In this document: one piece after another, positions 40,999 through 50,803 of the stretch | Position numbering within the stretch: the first letter of the stretch is position 1 | Layout of the letters: each line of letters begins with the position of its first letter | NCBI GenBank assembly: GCA_009837205.1 | Contig: VXTZ01000003.1 | Coordinates: forward strand, 2,263 to 66,262 | Source: Candidatus Dadabacteria bacterium | GTDB lineage: Bacteria; Desulfobacterota_D; UBA1144; Nemesobacterales; Nemesobacteraceae | DNA: 64,000 bases | Direction of reading: 5' to 3' | Position numbers and translations under genes: made by a program | Notes under the pieces: model-generated | Database searches by the model: none | What the model was told of the DNA's origin: nothing | What the model saw: the letters and a program-made list of their open reading frames with translations, nothing else

Positions 40999-42122
40999 TG
41001 CTTGAATTTGCTGTTGAGCTTTTCTCTGACTATACGGCCAGGACCATTCTCTTGGGAGCGGCTTCCCTGGGCATTGTAAGCGGCGTGGTCGGCTCTTACG
41101 CGGTGCTTAGAAAGCAAAGCCTCGTAGGCGACGTCATGTCGCACGCGGCCCTTCCCGGAATAGTGCTTGCCTTCCTCATAATGGGAGTAAAGGAACAGCT
41201 GCCTATCTTTATCGGGGCTGCGCTCTCAGCCGTCCTGGCGGTTTTTCTGATCAACCTGATTACCAGCAACTCGAGGGTAAAAACCGACAGCGCGATGGGG
41301 ATGGCGCTTTCTGTCTTTTTCGGGCTTGGCCTTGTTCTTCTTACCTACGCGCAGAAGATGCCGGATGCCAACCAGGCGGGGCTTGATAAGTTTCTTTTCG
41401 GCCAGGCGGAAGCGCTTGTCGGAAAAGACGTTCTTGTTATAGGTGTCACGGGGTTTTTCGCCCTTTTGGTTGTGGGACTTTTCTGGAAAGAGTTCAAACT
41501 TCTTTGCTTCGATCCGGATTTCGGAGGCACTATGGGTTTTTCCATGAAGTCTCTGGACCTGCTTGTTACGGCCGTCATAGTTTCGGCGATAGTGATCGGG
41601 CTGCAGACAGTAGGGGTCGTGCTTATGAGCTCAATGCTCATTGCCCCCGCGGTTGCGGCCAGACAGTGGACCGGCGGTATGGGCTCGATGGTGATTCTTG
41701 CGGCTTTGATAGCGGCCGTCTCCGGCGTAACGGGTGTTGCGCTGAGTGCCGGGCTTGAGAACGTGCCAACGGGACCCGCGGTTATAGTCTGCGTGAGCGC
41801 CGTCGCTTTTTTCTCGGTTCTTTTCTCGCCGAACGGGTTTTTCACCCTGAGATTCAAAGACGCCAGGAGCAGAAGGGAGATAAAGAAGGATTACGTCTTA
41901 AAAGCCCTGCACGATCTGGCTCTTGAGCATAACGACCCCGGCTACGCGCATTCCGAGAAGCTGCTTGCGCTTGGAAGCGAGAAGGGGTTTAACGTGCGAA
42001 AAAGTCTTTTGCAACTGCAGGAGGCGGGGCACGTGGAGAGAGCGGGGGAAGAGAACTGGCGGCTCACCCCAAGCGGTATTCGCGAGATCAGAAAGCTTTC
42101 ACCGGTGGGGAGTAACGGATGA
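40995..42122 (+). CDS. metal ABC transporter permease (ABC-3 family) with a ~90-aa C-terminal DtxR-like winged-helix extension
   Basis: ABC-3 core of ~285 aa (TM helices through ...VSAVAFFSVLFSPNGFF), then KDYVLKALHDLALEHNDPGYAHSEKLLALGSEKGFNVRKSLLQLQEAGHVERAGEENWRLTPSGIREIRKL. This is collinear with the DtxR N-terminal wHTH (YLRTIYEL...RIAERL.VS..TVS..V.RM.RDGLV......L.LTP.GR.LA). Confidence 0.8.
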   Translation: MMLEFAVELFSDYTARTILLGAASLGIVSGVVGSYAVLRKQSLVGDVMSHAALPGIVLAFLIMGVKEQLPIFIGAALSAVLAVFLINLITSNSRVKTDSAMGMALSVFFGLGLVLLTYAQKMPDANQAGLDKFLFGQAEALVGKDVLVIGVTGFFALLVVGLFWKEFKLLCFDPDFGGTMGFSMKSLDLLVTAVIVSAIVIGLQTVGVVLMSSMLIAPAVAARQWTGGMGSMVILAALIAAVSGVTGVALSAGLENVPTGPAVIVCVSAVAFFSVLFSPNGFFTLRFKDARSRREIKKDYVLKALHDLALEHNDPGYAHSEKLLALGSEKGFNVRKSLLQLQEAGHVERAGEENWRLTPSGIREIRKLSPVGSNG

Positions 42123-43219
42123 GCCCGCATCAGTTTGATATACAGCTGGTAGCCGTCATAGTTGCGGCTTCATGCGCCATACCGGGGGCGTTCCTTGTTC
42201 TAAGAAGAATGTCCATGATGACCGATGCGATCAGCCATTCCATTCTGCTCGGCATAATCCTCGCTTTTTTTCTCGTGAAGGACCTTTCATCGCCGATTCT
42301 CATAATAGGAGCCGCCGCAAGCGGGGTGCTTGCGATTTCGCTCATAAAGGCGGTTAACCGCGCAAGGCTGGTCAAAAAGGACGCGTCGATAGGGATAGTC
42401 TTCCCGTTTCTTTTCAGCGTGGCGGTCATATTGCTTTCCAAGTATGCGCGAAACGTGCATATTGACACCCACTCCGTGCTTCTCGGAGAGATAGCGTTCG
42501 CTCCTTTTAACCGCCTGATTCTCTCGGGTATGGACCTGGGACCCAAGTCGGTTTACGTAATGGGTTCGATTCTTCTTCTGAACCTGCTTTTCATTTCCTT
42601 TTTCTATAAGGAGCTTAAGGTGTCGACTTTTGACGAGAGCTTTGCGTCGTCAATAGGATTCCGTCCCCGGCTCATCCACTACCTGCTTATGGCTGTTGTG
42701 TCGCTTACATGCGTCGGGGCGTTTGACGCGGTGGGCTCGATACTTGTTATAGCGCTTATAGTGATTCCGCCCTGCTGCGCCTACCTTCTTACGGATTCGC
42801 TTTTCAGGATGATTCTTCTGAGCGTGGTCTTTGGAATCTCGGCAGCCGTTTCAGGGTTCTGGGTCGCCAACTGGCTTGACGTTAACATAGCGGGTTCAAT
42901 GGCTTTTGTGTGCGGGTTGTTTTTTCTCGTGGTTTTTCTCCTTGCTCCCCAAAGGGGACTCTTCGGCATAATAAGAGAAAAAAGGAGACAGAGGATGGAC
43001 TTTGCCGAGGCTTCGCTCCTCGTGAGTCTTTACAACCAAGAAAGAGGAGATGCGGTAAAGAACCACCCCGACAGCAGGGGCATGTTCCGGTCGGCTGATT
43101 TCGCCTCAAAAGTGGTCGAATTTCTGAAGCGCAAAGGGGAGATAGCTGTTGCGGGCGGGAAGCTCTTTCTTACGGATAAAGGTAGGGAAAGGGCACGTAT
43201 GACCATGGAGGGAAGATAA
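42119..43219 (+). CDS. second metal ABC transporter permease (ABC-3 family) with a ~80-aa C-terminal wHTH-like extension
   Basis: ABC-3 core, then REKRRQRMDFAEASLLVSLYNQERGDAVKNHPDSRGMFRSADFASKVVEFLKRKGEIAVAGGKLFLTDKGRERARMTMEG. Its tail (EFLKRKGEI...LFLTDKGRERAR) mirrors the DtxR wing region (MERDGLV...LQMTPTGRTLA). Confidence 0.8.
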   Translation: MSPHQFDIQLVAVIVAASCAIPGAFLVLRRMSMMTDAISHSILLGIILAFFLVKDLSSPILIIGAAASGVLAISLIKAVNRARLVKKDASIGIVFPFLFSVAVILLSKYARNVHIDTHSVLLGEIAFAPFNRLILSGMDLGPKSVYVMGSILLLNLLFISFFYKELKVSTFDESFASSIGFRPRLIHYLLMAVVSLTCVGAFDAVGSILVIALIVIPPCCAYLLTDSLFRMILLSVVFGISAAVSGFWVANWLDVNIAGSMAFVCGLFFLVVFLLAPQRGLFGIIREKRRQRMDFAEASLLVSLYNQERGDAVKNHPDSRGMFRSADFASKVVEFLKRKGEIAVAGGKLFLTDKGRERARMTMEGR

Positions 43220-43228
43220 CGGAGGTTC

Positions 43229-43957
43229 TTAGAGTAGGCGGAGCGGTTCTACTGCTCTTACGGTTCTGGGCTCATCCGTCAGTTCCCCGTCTCTTATTTC
43301 TATCTCGCACCCAGGAGCCAGTTGATCACATCTGGGGTTATCTTCTCCCTCTATTCCCGTATTATCCAGTCTGACGGTTATTATTACAGTTTCACTGCCC
43401 TCGGCTGATATCTTAATCAATATTTCTCCGTTTAGTTCATCGTCTTCGTCTGTACAATCTTTGTTCCCTTCAATGTCAACTTCTCCATTGAAAGTTATTT
43501 CGACTTTTTCTCGGTAAGATATCCCCTTATCATCCTTTATATCTATATCTCCAATTTTAACCACAGATCCGGGGAAAACATTTCTTCTCCCCGAGCCGAT
43601 TCGAGAAGATTCGTCTCCGGTCTCAAAAATCTGAAGTTGAACTTCCGGGTCGAGATTTCCCTTTAGGGAAAATTTATCGTCCTGTAATATATCCTCTTCA
43701 ATTGCTCTTACTTCGCAGTTTCGTATATCCCCGTTTTCCACGACACATGCCTTTATGACAAAGCTTGCTTCTTCGTAAGCGGACGGCACATCCCTGATGG
43801 TGCCCTCTATCGTTTCTTCATGGGATACATCGGCGTTTCCATTGTTCCCGCTTCCGCCGAAATCAACATCCAGACCGCATCCCGAAACTGCGAATAAGGA
43901 AATAAAGAGGAAAAACAGGTAGATTTTCACGGCGCTTGCGCGGGTTTTTGTGTGCAT
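43229..43957 (-). CDS. hypothetical acidic lipoprotein
   Basis: From the internal Met: signal peptide with lipobox (FISLFAVSGC). Very acidic, Asp/Glu/Gly-rich mature part with repeated D-I-D / E-G-E segments, possibly cation-binding. Convergent with the transporter operon; no family recognised. Confidence 0.5.
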   Translation of the reverse strand: MHTKTRASAVKIYLFFLFISLFAVSGCGLDVDFGGSGNNGNADVSHEETIEGTIRDVPSAYEEASFVIKACVVENGDIRNCEVRAIEEDILQDDKFSLKGNLDPEVQLQIFETGDESSRIGSGRRNVFPGSVVKIGDIDIKDDKGISYREKVEITFNGEVDIEGNKDCTDEDDELNGEILIKISAEGSETVIITVRLDNTGIEGEDNPRCDQLAPGCEIEIRDGELTDEPRTVRAVEPLRLL

Positions 43958-44067
43958 TAAGATTCCTCGATTTTTAATTTGCCTAGCATATAAAGATAAC
44001 ATGAAATTCGTATTAGTTTATTTTCCGCTTTGACACTCCGGGGGATTTTACCGCAATATCAGCCGAT

Positions 44068-45276
44068 ATGAAAAAAACAAACGTGCTTTTCATCAATCAC
44101 TCGGTAAGGGACGGAGGACCGGGAAGAAGCCTTCTCTACATACTGAAGTACATCGACCGGGATAAGATAAACCCTTTTGTGCTCGTGCCGAAACACGACA
44201 TATTCTCTGAGAGCCTGAAATCCGAGGGCATCTTTGAAAACGTCATAGTCGACCCCAGGTTTCCCGAGAACATACAGAAATCAGCAATGGTGGCGGACAC
44301 CACACGGGCCCCGGGTCTTATGAGAGTTTTCTCCATAATCATAAACATAGTGAATATGCTCCGTCTGCTTTGCGGTTCCTCTAAGATAATCAGGGAAAAC
44401 GGAATCGACATTGTCTACTGCAACGGAACCCTTGCAAAAATCGTGGGAACTCTGATCGGGAGGAAAAACAAAAAACCCGTTATCTGGCACGTAAGGAACA
44501 TACAGCAGACGCGGTTTATGAAATCTTTAATGGAAACGCTCTCGGGGTTTCAGTGCGTGAAGAAGATAATATGCGTTTCCCGCGCCACGGCCAAGCCGTT
44601 TGAGAGGGCAAAAAACAAGGTTCACGTCGTCTATAACGGCATTGACCCCGCGGATTTCGACAGGGATTCCGTTCGGGGGTCTCTGAGAGAGGAGTTCTCC
44701 ATTCCCCCGGATACAGTGCTTGTCGGAAACACCGGAAGGGTGGTTCCGAGAAAGGGCTACGTGGAATTCATCGACACTGTAAGCCGACTTGTCTCAGACG
44801 GCAATATCAAAGAGAAAACAAAGTTCGTTATAGTCGGAGATACTCCGTGGTTCTTTCCGAAAAACCACCTGCAGGAGCTTGAGGATCATGCGGAGAGGCT
44901 GGGGGTGCGGGATAGCTTTATCTTCACCGGATACAGAAAGGACGTAAGGCCGTATCTTAAGGATTTTGACCTCTTCGTTATTCCGTCCAATTACCCGGAT
45001 CCTTTCCCGAGGTCAGTGATAGAGGCGATGGCGTTCAGCCTCCCCGTCGTGGGTTTTTCAATAGGGGGAATAGCGGAGGCCATTGAGGACGGAAAGACCG
45101 GTTTTCTCTGCGCACCGGGGGATTTTCAGAAGATGGGGGAGAGCGTCTCGATTCTTGCAAGGGACGCGGAGGCCCGGGGTGAGATGGGCCGAAACTCAAG
45201 GCGCAGGGTAATGGAAATGTGCTCCGCTGTCGAGCGAACCGCGGACGTACAGAAAATAATACTCGAGGCCCGGTGA
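44068..45276 (+). CDS. family 4 glycosyltransferase (GT-B, glycos_transf_1)
   Basis: 402 aa; C-terminal GT4 motifs (FVIPSNYPDPFPRSVIEAMAFSLPVVGFSIGGIAEAIEDGKTGFL). Confidence 0.8.
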   Translation: MKKTNVLFINHSVRDGGPGRSLLYILKYIDRDKINPFVLVPKHDIFSESLKSEGIFENVIVDPRFPENIQKSAMVADTTRAPGLMRVFSIIINIVNMLRLLCGSSKIIRENGIDIVYCNGTLAKIVGTLIGRKNKKPVIWHVRNIQQTRFMKSLMETLSGFQCVKKIICVSRATAKPFERAKNKVHVVYNGIDPADFDRDSVRGSLREEFSIPPDTVLVGNTGRVVPRKGYVEFIDTVSRLVSDGNIKEKTKFVIVGDTPWFFPKNHLQELEDHAERLGVRDSFIFTGYRKDVRPYLKDFDLFVIPSNYPDPFPRSVIEAMAFSLPVVGFSIGGIAEAIEDGKTGFLCAPGDFQKMGESVSILARDAEARGEMGRNSRRRVMEMCSAVERTADVQKIILEAR

Positions 45277-45277
45277 T

Positions 45278-46621
45278 CTAGACTTCCTTTCCTTCCCTGT
45301 CCCGAAACAGAAGCCTGAGGGGAGATCCTTCGAAGTCCGCGTACTCCCTTAACTTGTTCTCAAGGAACCTTCTGTAGTTCTCGGGGATACCCTTTGCCGA
45401 ATTCGTGAAGATCGTGAATGTCGGCGGTGCGGTGAAAGGCTGCGAGATGTAGAAAAGCTTGATCTCCTTTCTTTTGTAGACCGGGGGAGGATGGCGTCTT
45501 GTAAGGTCTTCAAGGAACCTGTTTAGCTTTCCCGTGGAGATCTTTCTTCTGAAATTTTCCTCCACCCGCTCGACAGCGTCGAAAATTCTCCCGACTTTCT
45601 TGCCGGTAAGAGCGGAGATGGTCAGCACGGGGGCGTAGTCAAACCCGGTCAGTTTCTCCTTTGTAACCTCTTCAACTTCTTTGGGGTCCGCTATGTCCTC
45701 GGGAGCGAGGTCCCATTTGTTAAGCAGTATTATAAGGGCCCTGTTTCTGCCTTTAATCAGTTCCGCGAGGCGCGAGTCGTGGTGGGTCGGGCCTTCTTGA
45801 CCGTCTATCATCAGCAGCACGATGTGGGCTCTTTCGATGGACCTTATTGCCCGGAAGACGCTGTGTTTCTCAACCGGGGCGTCTATTCTTGACTTTCTTC
45901 TTATGCCCGCGGTATCAATAAAGACGTATCTCTTCCCGTCTTTTTCATAGATGGAGTCAATGGAGTCACGTGTCGTGCCGGGCGTGGAACTTGTTATGAG
46001 TCTCTGTTCTCCGAGTATCCTGTTCACCAGGGTGGATTTTCCCACGTTGGGTTTGCCGATAACGGCGATTCTCGTCTCTTCTGACTCTTCCGGTTCTTCC
46101 GGTTGCCCGGAGGTTTCTATGCAGGAAGCGATCTGCTCCACGAGTTCGTAGATATTTTTGTTGTGAAGCGCGGAAATCGCCATGAAGTCATCCGTGCCCG
46201 TTCCGTAGAATTCGTATGTCTTCAGCACCTGCTTTATGTTTCCATGGTCGATTTTGTTTACGGCGTAGATGACTTTTTTTTCGGTCTTTCGAAGATACCG
46301 TACTATCTCGGAATCCTGAGGCAGGACCCCGTCCCTGCCGTCAAAAAGCATCACCACGAGATCCGCTTCCGAGATAGCCACGTCTATCTGCTCTTTTATG
46401 AGTGAGTAGTCCTGGTCGTCTTCGCCGAGTGAAAGTCCTCCGGTGTCAACCAGGGTGAACTCCTTTTCCTTCCATCGGGTGTCTTCATAGACCCTGTCTC
46501 TCGTGACGCCGGGGATATCCTCTACTATCGTCTTGTTCCACCCTATTATTCTGTTAAAAAGGGTGGACTTGCCGACATTTGGTCTTCCGACTATGGCTAC
46601 GACCGGCTTTTGCCCGTTCAT
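45278..46621 (-). CDS. der: ribosome-biogenesis GTPase Der (EngA), tandem GTPase domains plus KH-like domain
   Basis: Two G domains (GRPNVGKSTLFN / DTGG ... GKPNVGKSTLVN / DTAG) and the characteristic C-terminal domain; 447 aa. Confidence 0.9.
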   Translation of the reverse strand: MNGQKPVVAIVGRPNVGKSTLFNRIIGWNKTIVEDIPGVTRDRVYEDTRWKEKEFTLVDTGGLSLGEDDQDYSLIKEQIDVAISEADLVVMLFDGRDGVLPQDSEIVRYLRKTEKKVIYAVNKIDHGNIKQVLKTYEFYGTGTDDFMAISALHNKNIYELVEQIASCIETSGQPEEPEESEETRIAVIGKPNVGKSTLVNRILGEQRLITSSTPGTTRDSIDSIYEKDGKRYVFIDTAGIRRKSRIDAPVEKHSVFRAIRSIERAHIVLLMIDGQEGPTHHDSRLAELIKGRNRALIILLNKWDLAPEDIADPKEVEEVTKEKLTGFDYAPVLTISALTGKKVGRIFDAVERVEENFRRKISTGKLNRFLEDLTRRHPPPVYKRKEIKLFYISQPFTAPPTFTIFTNSAKGIPENYRRFLENKLREYADFEGSPLRLLFRDREGKEV

Positions 46622-46672
46622 TGCGTTTCTCCGTTATCGCTTCTGGCAAGAGTATGACCGAAGCCTTGTCTT

Positions 46673-49600
46673 TTAAAAATTGAAATTGTAGAAAAAATCG
46701 ACTCCGGGGTTTTCTCCGCCCATCTGGCTTTCAATCGAGAATCTTCTGTTCAGTCTCCATTCGAGGTTGAGCTTGTTGTGCATCTCCGCCGTGTGGTCAA
46801 GCGAGGTCTTGGAGGGCGACCTCTCGTAGCCGACGAAGATGTCCCTTGTGACGTAGGAGCCGACTTTTAGCGTGCTGTCCTCAAACCCTCGGTCTCCTTC
46901 CTGTATGCTCAGCAGGTCGAGGCCGATCTCAGAGCTTAAAAGCTCAGAGATTCCGCCTGCGGCAACTGCGGTCGCGAATTTCCCCATAAATGCCCTTTGC
47001 TGGCTCTGGAGCCTGTTGCTCGAAGCTCCGAAGACTATATAGGAGATTATGTCGATTTCTTCGAGATCAGGAGTGCTTGAGAGAGACAGGTCCGGTTCCC
47101 TCAGGTCTCCCGTGACGTTTACGTACACGTCTACATCGCCGGCGTCGTAATAGGCCTTGACGTTGAGATCCGGGTTATTCGATGCCCCCGTAAAATTAAG
47201 CGTGGCGTCCTCTATGTCGAAAAGCTTTCCGAAGACCGCGTAATACCCCTCGGATGACACTATGTTTCCCTGCATGTTAAGGTCGCCGCCCGGTTCTTTC
47301 TTGAGCCTCAGTTTTCCTCTTGTATTAAAGTTGGCCTCCTTGGTTTTAATCCACGTGCCCGAGGAGATGTCGACTGAGATATCCATCGCGGTTTTTTCTC
47401 TGTAAAAACCGGTTTCATTCTGTGCCTCAAGTGAAAACTCGTCGGCCAAGCTTTCGGTTTTCTCTATGAAGCTGATGTCTTTTATGGTTTTTATCCTGCC
47501 CGGGTACAGGCGAATTCTTCCCGCGGTGACCTTGGTCTTTCCCGTTATTTCAAGAAATTCGCCTTTTTTTTCTATCTTGAGATCACCGGAGAGATCCGTT
47601 TTTATCGAATGAGGATTAAAACGGACTTTCTCCATCTCAAGATTTGCGCGGTAGGTGAAATCGGAGATGTCCATTTTGCCTTTCAGGTAGGCTCTTCCCT
47701 GTTTTGAGAGGATTTCCGTTCTTGGCAGGGAGAGTTTTGTTCCGCTGAACGAAAGCTTCGCATGCTCGGTGAAGAGACTGTTTCTGAGCTGGGCAAGAGA
47801 GAGTCTTACGTCATTTAGTTCAAGGTTCCCTTTTACACGCGGTTTTGAGAGGGTGCCGTTTAGAGAAAGACTGCCGGATGAAAAGTCGCCATCGATTTTC
47901 TCTATCGAACTTGAAAAAATTTTCACGAAACCAAGACCGTACCCGTCCGACTTCAATTCAAGGTCCATCGAAGTTCCCATTACCGCTTCCAGCGGGCTCT
48001 GCGCATTTCGCGGAACCAGCAGATCTCCCCGTAAGCTCAGGCTTTCCTTCTGTCCTAGTGAGGATAGCAGGTCCAGAGAAAGTCTTCCTTCTTTGCCACC
48101 GAGTCTGATTTTCATATCTCCCGATGCCGGGAATCCGTAAGAGAAGCCTTCCGATCTTATTTCGGCCTGAACTGAAGGAGCGGTAAAAGAACCACTGGCT
48201 CGGACTTTTCCGTTGAGAGTTCCTCCCAGGTCGTGTCTGAGATTAAGAACCTTCGATATGATCAGCGGATTAAAGTTTGTTATGTCGGCCCGCAGGTCGA
48301 TCGTTTTTTCTTTCCTGTCGATTTCTCCCAGAAAGCCGGAGATTCTCCCCTCTCCGTAGGTAAGTTCATCTCCCCGAATGCTTGTCCTGTCAGAAGATAT
48401 GTCAAGGAGTATATCTCCTTTGTTTTTAAACAGTTTTTCGTCCAGAAGACCTTCAAGATACGTGATCCTTAATCTTTTCTCGTGTTCCATGAGGTCGCTG
48501 ACGCTGAATTCTGAAGAGGCGTAGGAACCGTCTTTCTTGCTCAAAAGGACTCCCGCGTCAAAGCGAGTTTCCGTTCCCCGAAGCTTTGCCTCGATCGTGT
48601 CCGAGTAATTGCCGAGAACGCGGGCCCGTTCTCCCAGCAGGTATATATCAAGCGATACCTTGGGGGCGTTTTCTAAATCAATCCGGGTGCTTGACCTAAC
48701 GGACATGTCCTGAACTACGAAGTCTTCTTCATAGGCGAAGTTCTCTACGCGCGAGTTCGCCTCGATAAGCGGGGTGGAAATGTCTCCGCTTATCTTTCCG
48801 CTTGAGTCTATTTTTCCTAAAACCAGAGGAATCCTTTCGTCAATCTCGGAGAGAAAACTCAAGTCCTGCGTTTTGAATTCAAAAACGCAGTCAATACCCT
48901 TCTGCGTTACTTTGGTTTTTTCCGCGGACAGGGAAAATTGATCGGACAGGACGTTAAGCCTGGTTACCTTCAGGGTTCCTTTTTGAATGCTGCCGTCTAT
49001 CTGGGAGTTTATGTTCGTTATTCCGTATAGTTCGTCTGTTTTAAGGTCGGCGTTTACGCGCAAGTACTTGTCTTTGAAGAATTTGGCTTTTTTCGGTATC
49101 GCCCCCTTAAAAGTCGCGCTTCCGTCGACATAGTTGTCAATTGTGATATCCGGGAATTCGAATTTCAGCTTGAATCCTTTTGCCTTTGAGGTCGAATCGA
49201 AATCTATACCGTCGTTTCTGAACGTCATGTAACCTTCGATCCGAAGGCTGCTCTGCTCGCTGTCTATTACGTCGAGATAATCGGGTTCGATCCGAAGGGA
49301 ATAGATTTCCCTGCTCGCCCAGCTGCCGCTTACCCTGAGATTCGAGTTCAGCCTTGAGTCGTTTCCGAACTTAAGCGGGTAGGGGGTGCGGTTGAGTATC
49401 TCGGTCAGTTCATCCGTGTTCGCGCCGTTTAGCTCCGCGGTGAGATCAAACCAGTTCTTCTCTTCTCCCGCGAGCCATTTCTTAAAGTCGATGCTGCCCT
49501 TCAGGCTTGACTCCCCGAATCCTCCGCCTGCCGTGCCTTCTATAAAGGTCTTTGTCCCTTTAATGGTTACAGGTCTGAGGTCCATCCGAAACGGCTTTCC

Positions 49601-50488
49601 ATTAAGAAAAGAATCGGGTGTCGAGATTTCCATTGTGCCGACCATGTTGTCTAGGGAGTGCATCTTCAGCTTCGTTTTTGCCTTGAGGTTTACTTCTCCC
49701 TTTTCAGTTATTCCGAGCGTGTCGAAATACACGGTCATGTCGAATTCGGGGTTCCTCAGGCCTCTCGCGATCCCGCTTCCCCTGACCGGCACGCCCTCGA
49801 CCTTGAATCCCGCGTCTTTGAATACGCAGTCCCAGGAAGCTATATCGATTTTCCCCTTGAGGTTTCTTATCCTGATTCTGGGGGACACGTAGTCGAAATT
49901 TATGTCCTTCGCGTCAAGTTCGACCTTTTTCGTCAGTTCAATGATGTTTATCGAGAATAAAGACTCCTCAACCAGGTCAAATTCCCAGACCTTGTCTCTG
50001 GTGCGGTCAACAATCGTAATGCGGGAATCGCGGATTCTGTTATTCGAGAAAATGAGGCTTATTCTTTCCCCTTGCGGGCCCTTGGCGGTTTTGTCCTCGT
50101 TCTTCAGCTTCTTGAAATCCCATACCCCGCGGCTGTCCTTTGCAAGAAAAACCCTGAGACCCCGTATCTCCGTGTCGGACAAGTAGAGCTTCTTTCTCGA
50201 GATCATTGAGTAAAGAAGCGGGATTGAGTAGTTCGTCGAGAGTTTTTCGATCTTCATGTAACTCTCTCCGGCTATTTTTACTTCAATATCGTTTATCTCC
50301 AGTGTGGAGATTATGCTTCCCTCGATATCTCCGAGGCTGATATGGAAATTGGGGATTGAGTTTAGCCTTCGCTCTATGAGGTTTTTTGCGTACTGGCGGC
50401 TTCCCTCGGTCTGGGAGAACAGAAAAAGCCCCAGGACAAGGCCGCAGATTACTGCCGTGAATATAAAAAAAATCGTTCTTCGACGCAC
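46673..50488 (-). CDS. tamB: translocation and assembly module protein TamB-like (DUF490 C-terminal domain)
   Basis: 1271 aa; N-terminal TM anchor, long beta-rich body, and a C-terminal DUF490-type ending (...LNLEWRLNRRFSIESQMGGENPGVDFFYNFNF). No tamA gene adjacent. Confidence 0.75.
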   Translation of the reverse strand: MRRRTIFFIFTAVICGLVLGLFLFSQTEGSRQYAKNLIERRLNSIPNFHISLGDIEGSIISTLEINDIEVKIAGESYMKIEKLSTNYSIPLLYSMISRKKLYLSDTEIRGLRVFLAKDSRGVWDFKKLKNEDKTAKGPQGERISLIFSNNRIRDSRITIVDRTRDKVWEFDLVEESLFSINIIELTKKVELDAKDINFDYVSPRIRIRNLKGKIDIASWDCVFKDAGFKVEGVPVRGSGIARGLRNPEFDMTVYFDTLGITEKGEVNLKAKTKLKMHSLDNMVGTMEISTPDSFLNGKPFRMDLRPVTIKGTKTFIEGTAGGGFGESSLKGSIDFKKWLAGEEKNWFDLTAELNGANTDELTEILNRTPYPLKFGNDSRLNSNLRVSGSWASREIYSLRIEPDYLDVIDSEQSSLRIEGYMTFRNDGIDFDSTSKAKGFKLKFEFPDITIDNYVDGSATFKGAIPKKAKFFKDKYLRVNADLKTDELYGITNINSQIDGSIQKGTLKVTRLNVLSDQFSLSAEKTKVTQKGIDCVFEFKTQDLSFLSEIDERIPLVLGKIDSSGKISGDISTPLIEANSRVENFAYEEDFVVQDMSVRSSTRIDLENAPKVSLDIYLLGERARVLGNYSDTIEAKLRGTETRFDAGVLLSKKDGSYASSEFSVSDLMEHEKRLRITYLEGLLDEKLFKNKGDILLDISSDRTSIRGDELTYGEGRISGFLGEIDRKEKTIDLRADITNFNPLIISKVLNLRHDLGGTLNGKVRASGSFTAPSVQAEIRSEGFSYGFPASGDMKIRLGGKEGRLSLDLLSSLGQKESLSLRGDLLVPRNAQSPLEAVMGTSMDLELKSDGYGLGFVKIFSSSIEKIDGDFSSGSLSLNGTLSKPRVKGNLELNDVRLSLAQLRNSLFTEHAKLSFSGTKLSLPRTEILSKQGRAYLKGKMDISDFTYRANLEMEKVRFNPHSIKTDLSGDLKIEKKGEFLEITGKTKVTAGRIRLYPGRIKTIKDISFIEKTESLADEFSLEAQNETGFYREKTAMDISVDISSGTWIKTKEANFNTRGKLRLKKEPGGDLNMQGNIVSSEGYYAVFGKLFDIEDATLNFTGASNNPDLNVKAYYDAGDVDVYVNVTGDLREPDLSLSSTPDLEEIDIISYIVFGASSNRLQSQQRAFMGKFATAVAAGGISELLSSEIGLDLLSIQEGDRGFEDSTLKVGSYVTRDIFVGYERSPSKTSLDHTAEMHNKLNLEWRLNRRFSIESQMGGENPGVDFFYNFNF

Positions 50489-50803
50489 TGTCCTTAGTAA
50501 AAACGCAGGGAACTTCTCTTCTGTTACGCTGTATGGATCTGGATTTTCCTAACAAGCCTATTATACTTAAAAGCCGCCAAATAAAAACAGAACTCACTTG
50601 AGGTGCCCGGAAGGTCCTTTCCAAAGAAATGTTCTGTTCGCTGCGGGCTTTTCCCCGTAAAACCGGATCGTGCGAGAGGCAAGTTTGAGATTCCCGAGGC
50701 GGTGCGGAAACAGGGTTTCTTTCAGGTTCACTTACGCTATCCGGGCTGCTCTTATGATGTTATAAGCGAAGCTGCTACGGTAATTCGAAGGAGGTTGTTT
50801 TAA

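Noticed and set aside
50603-50803. 66-aa ORF immediately upstream of the M23 peptidase gene
   Set aside because: It covers the GGAGG ribosome-binding site and promoter region of the peptidase gene. The protein is basic and low-complexity with no family resemblance; it is probably non-coding.
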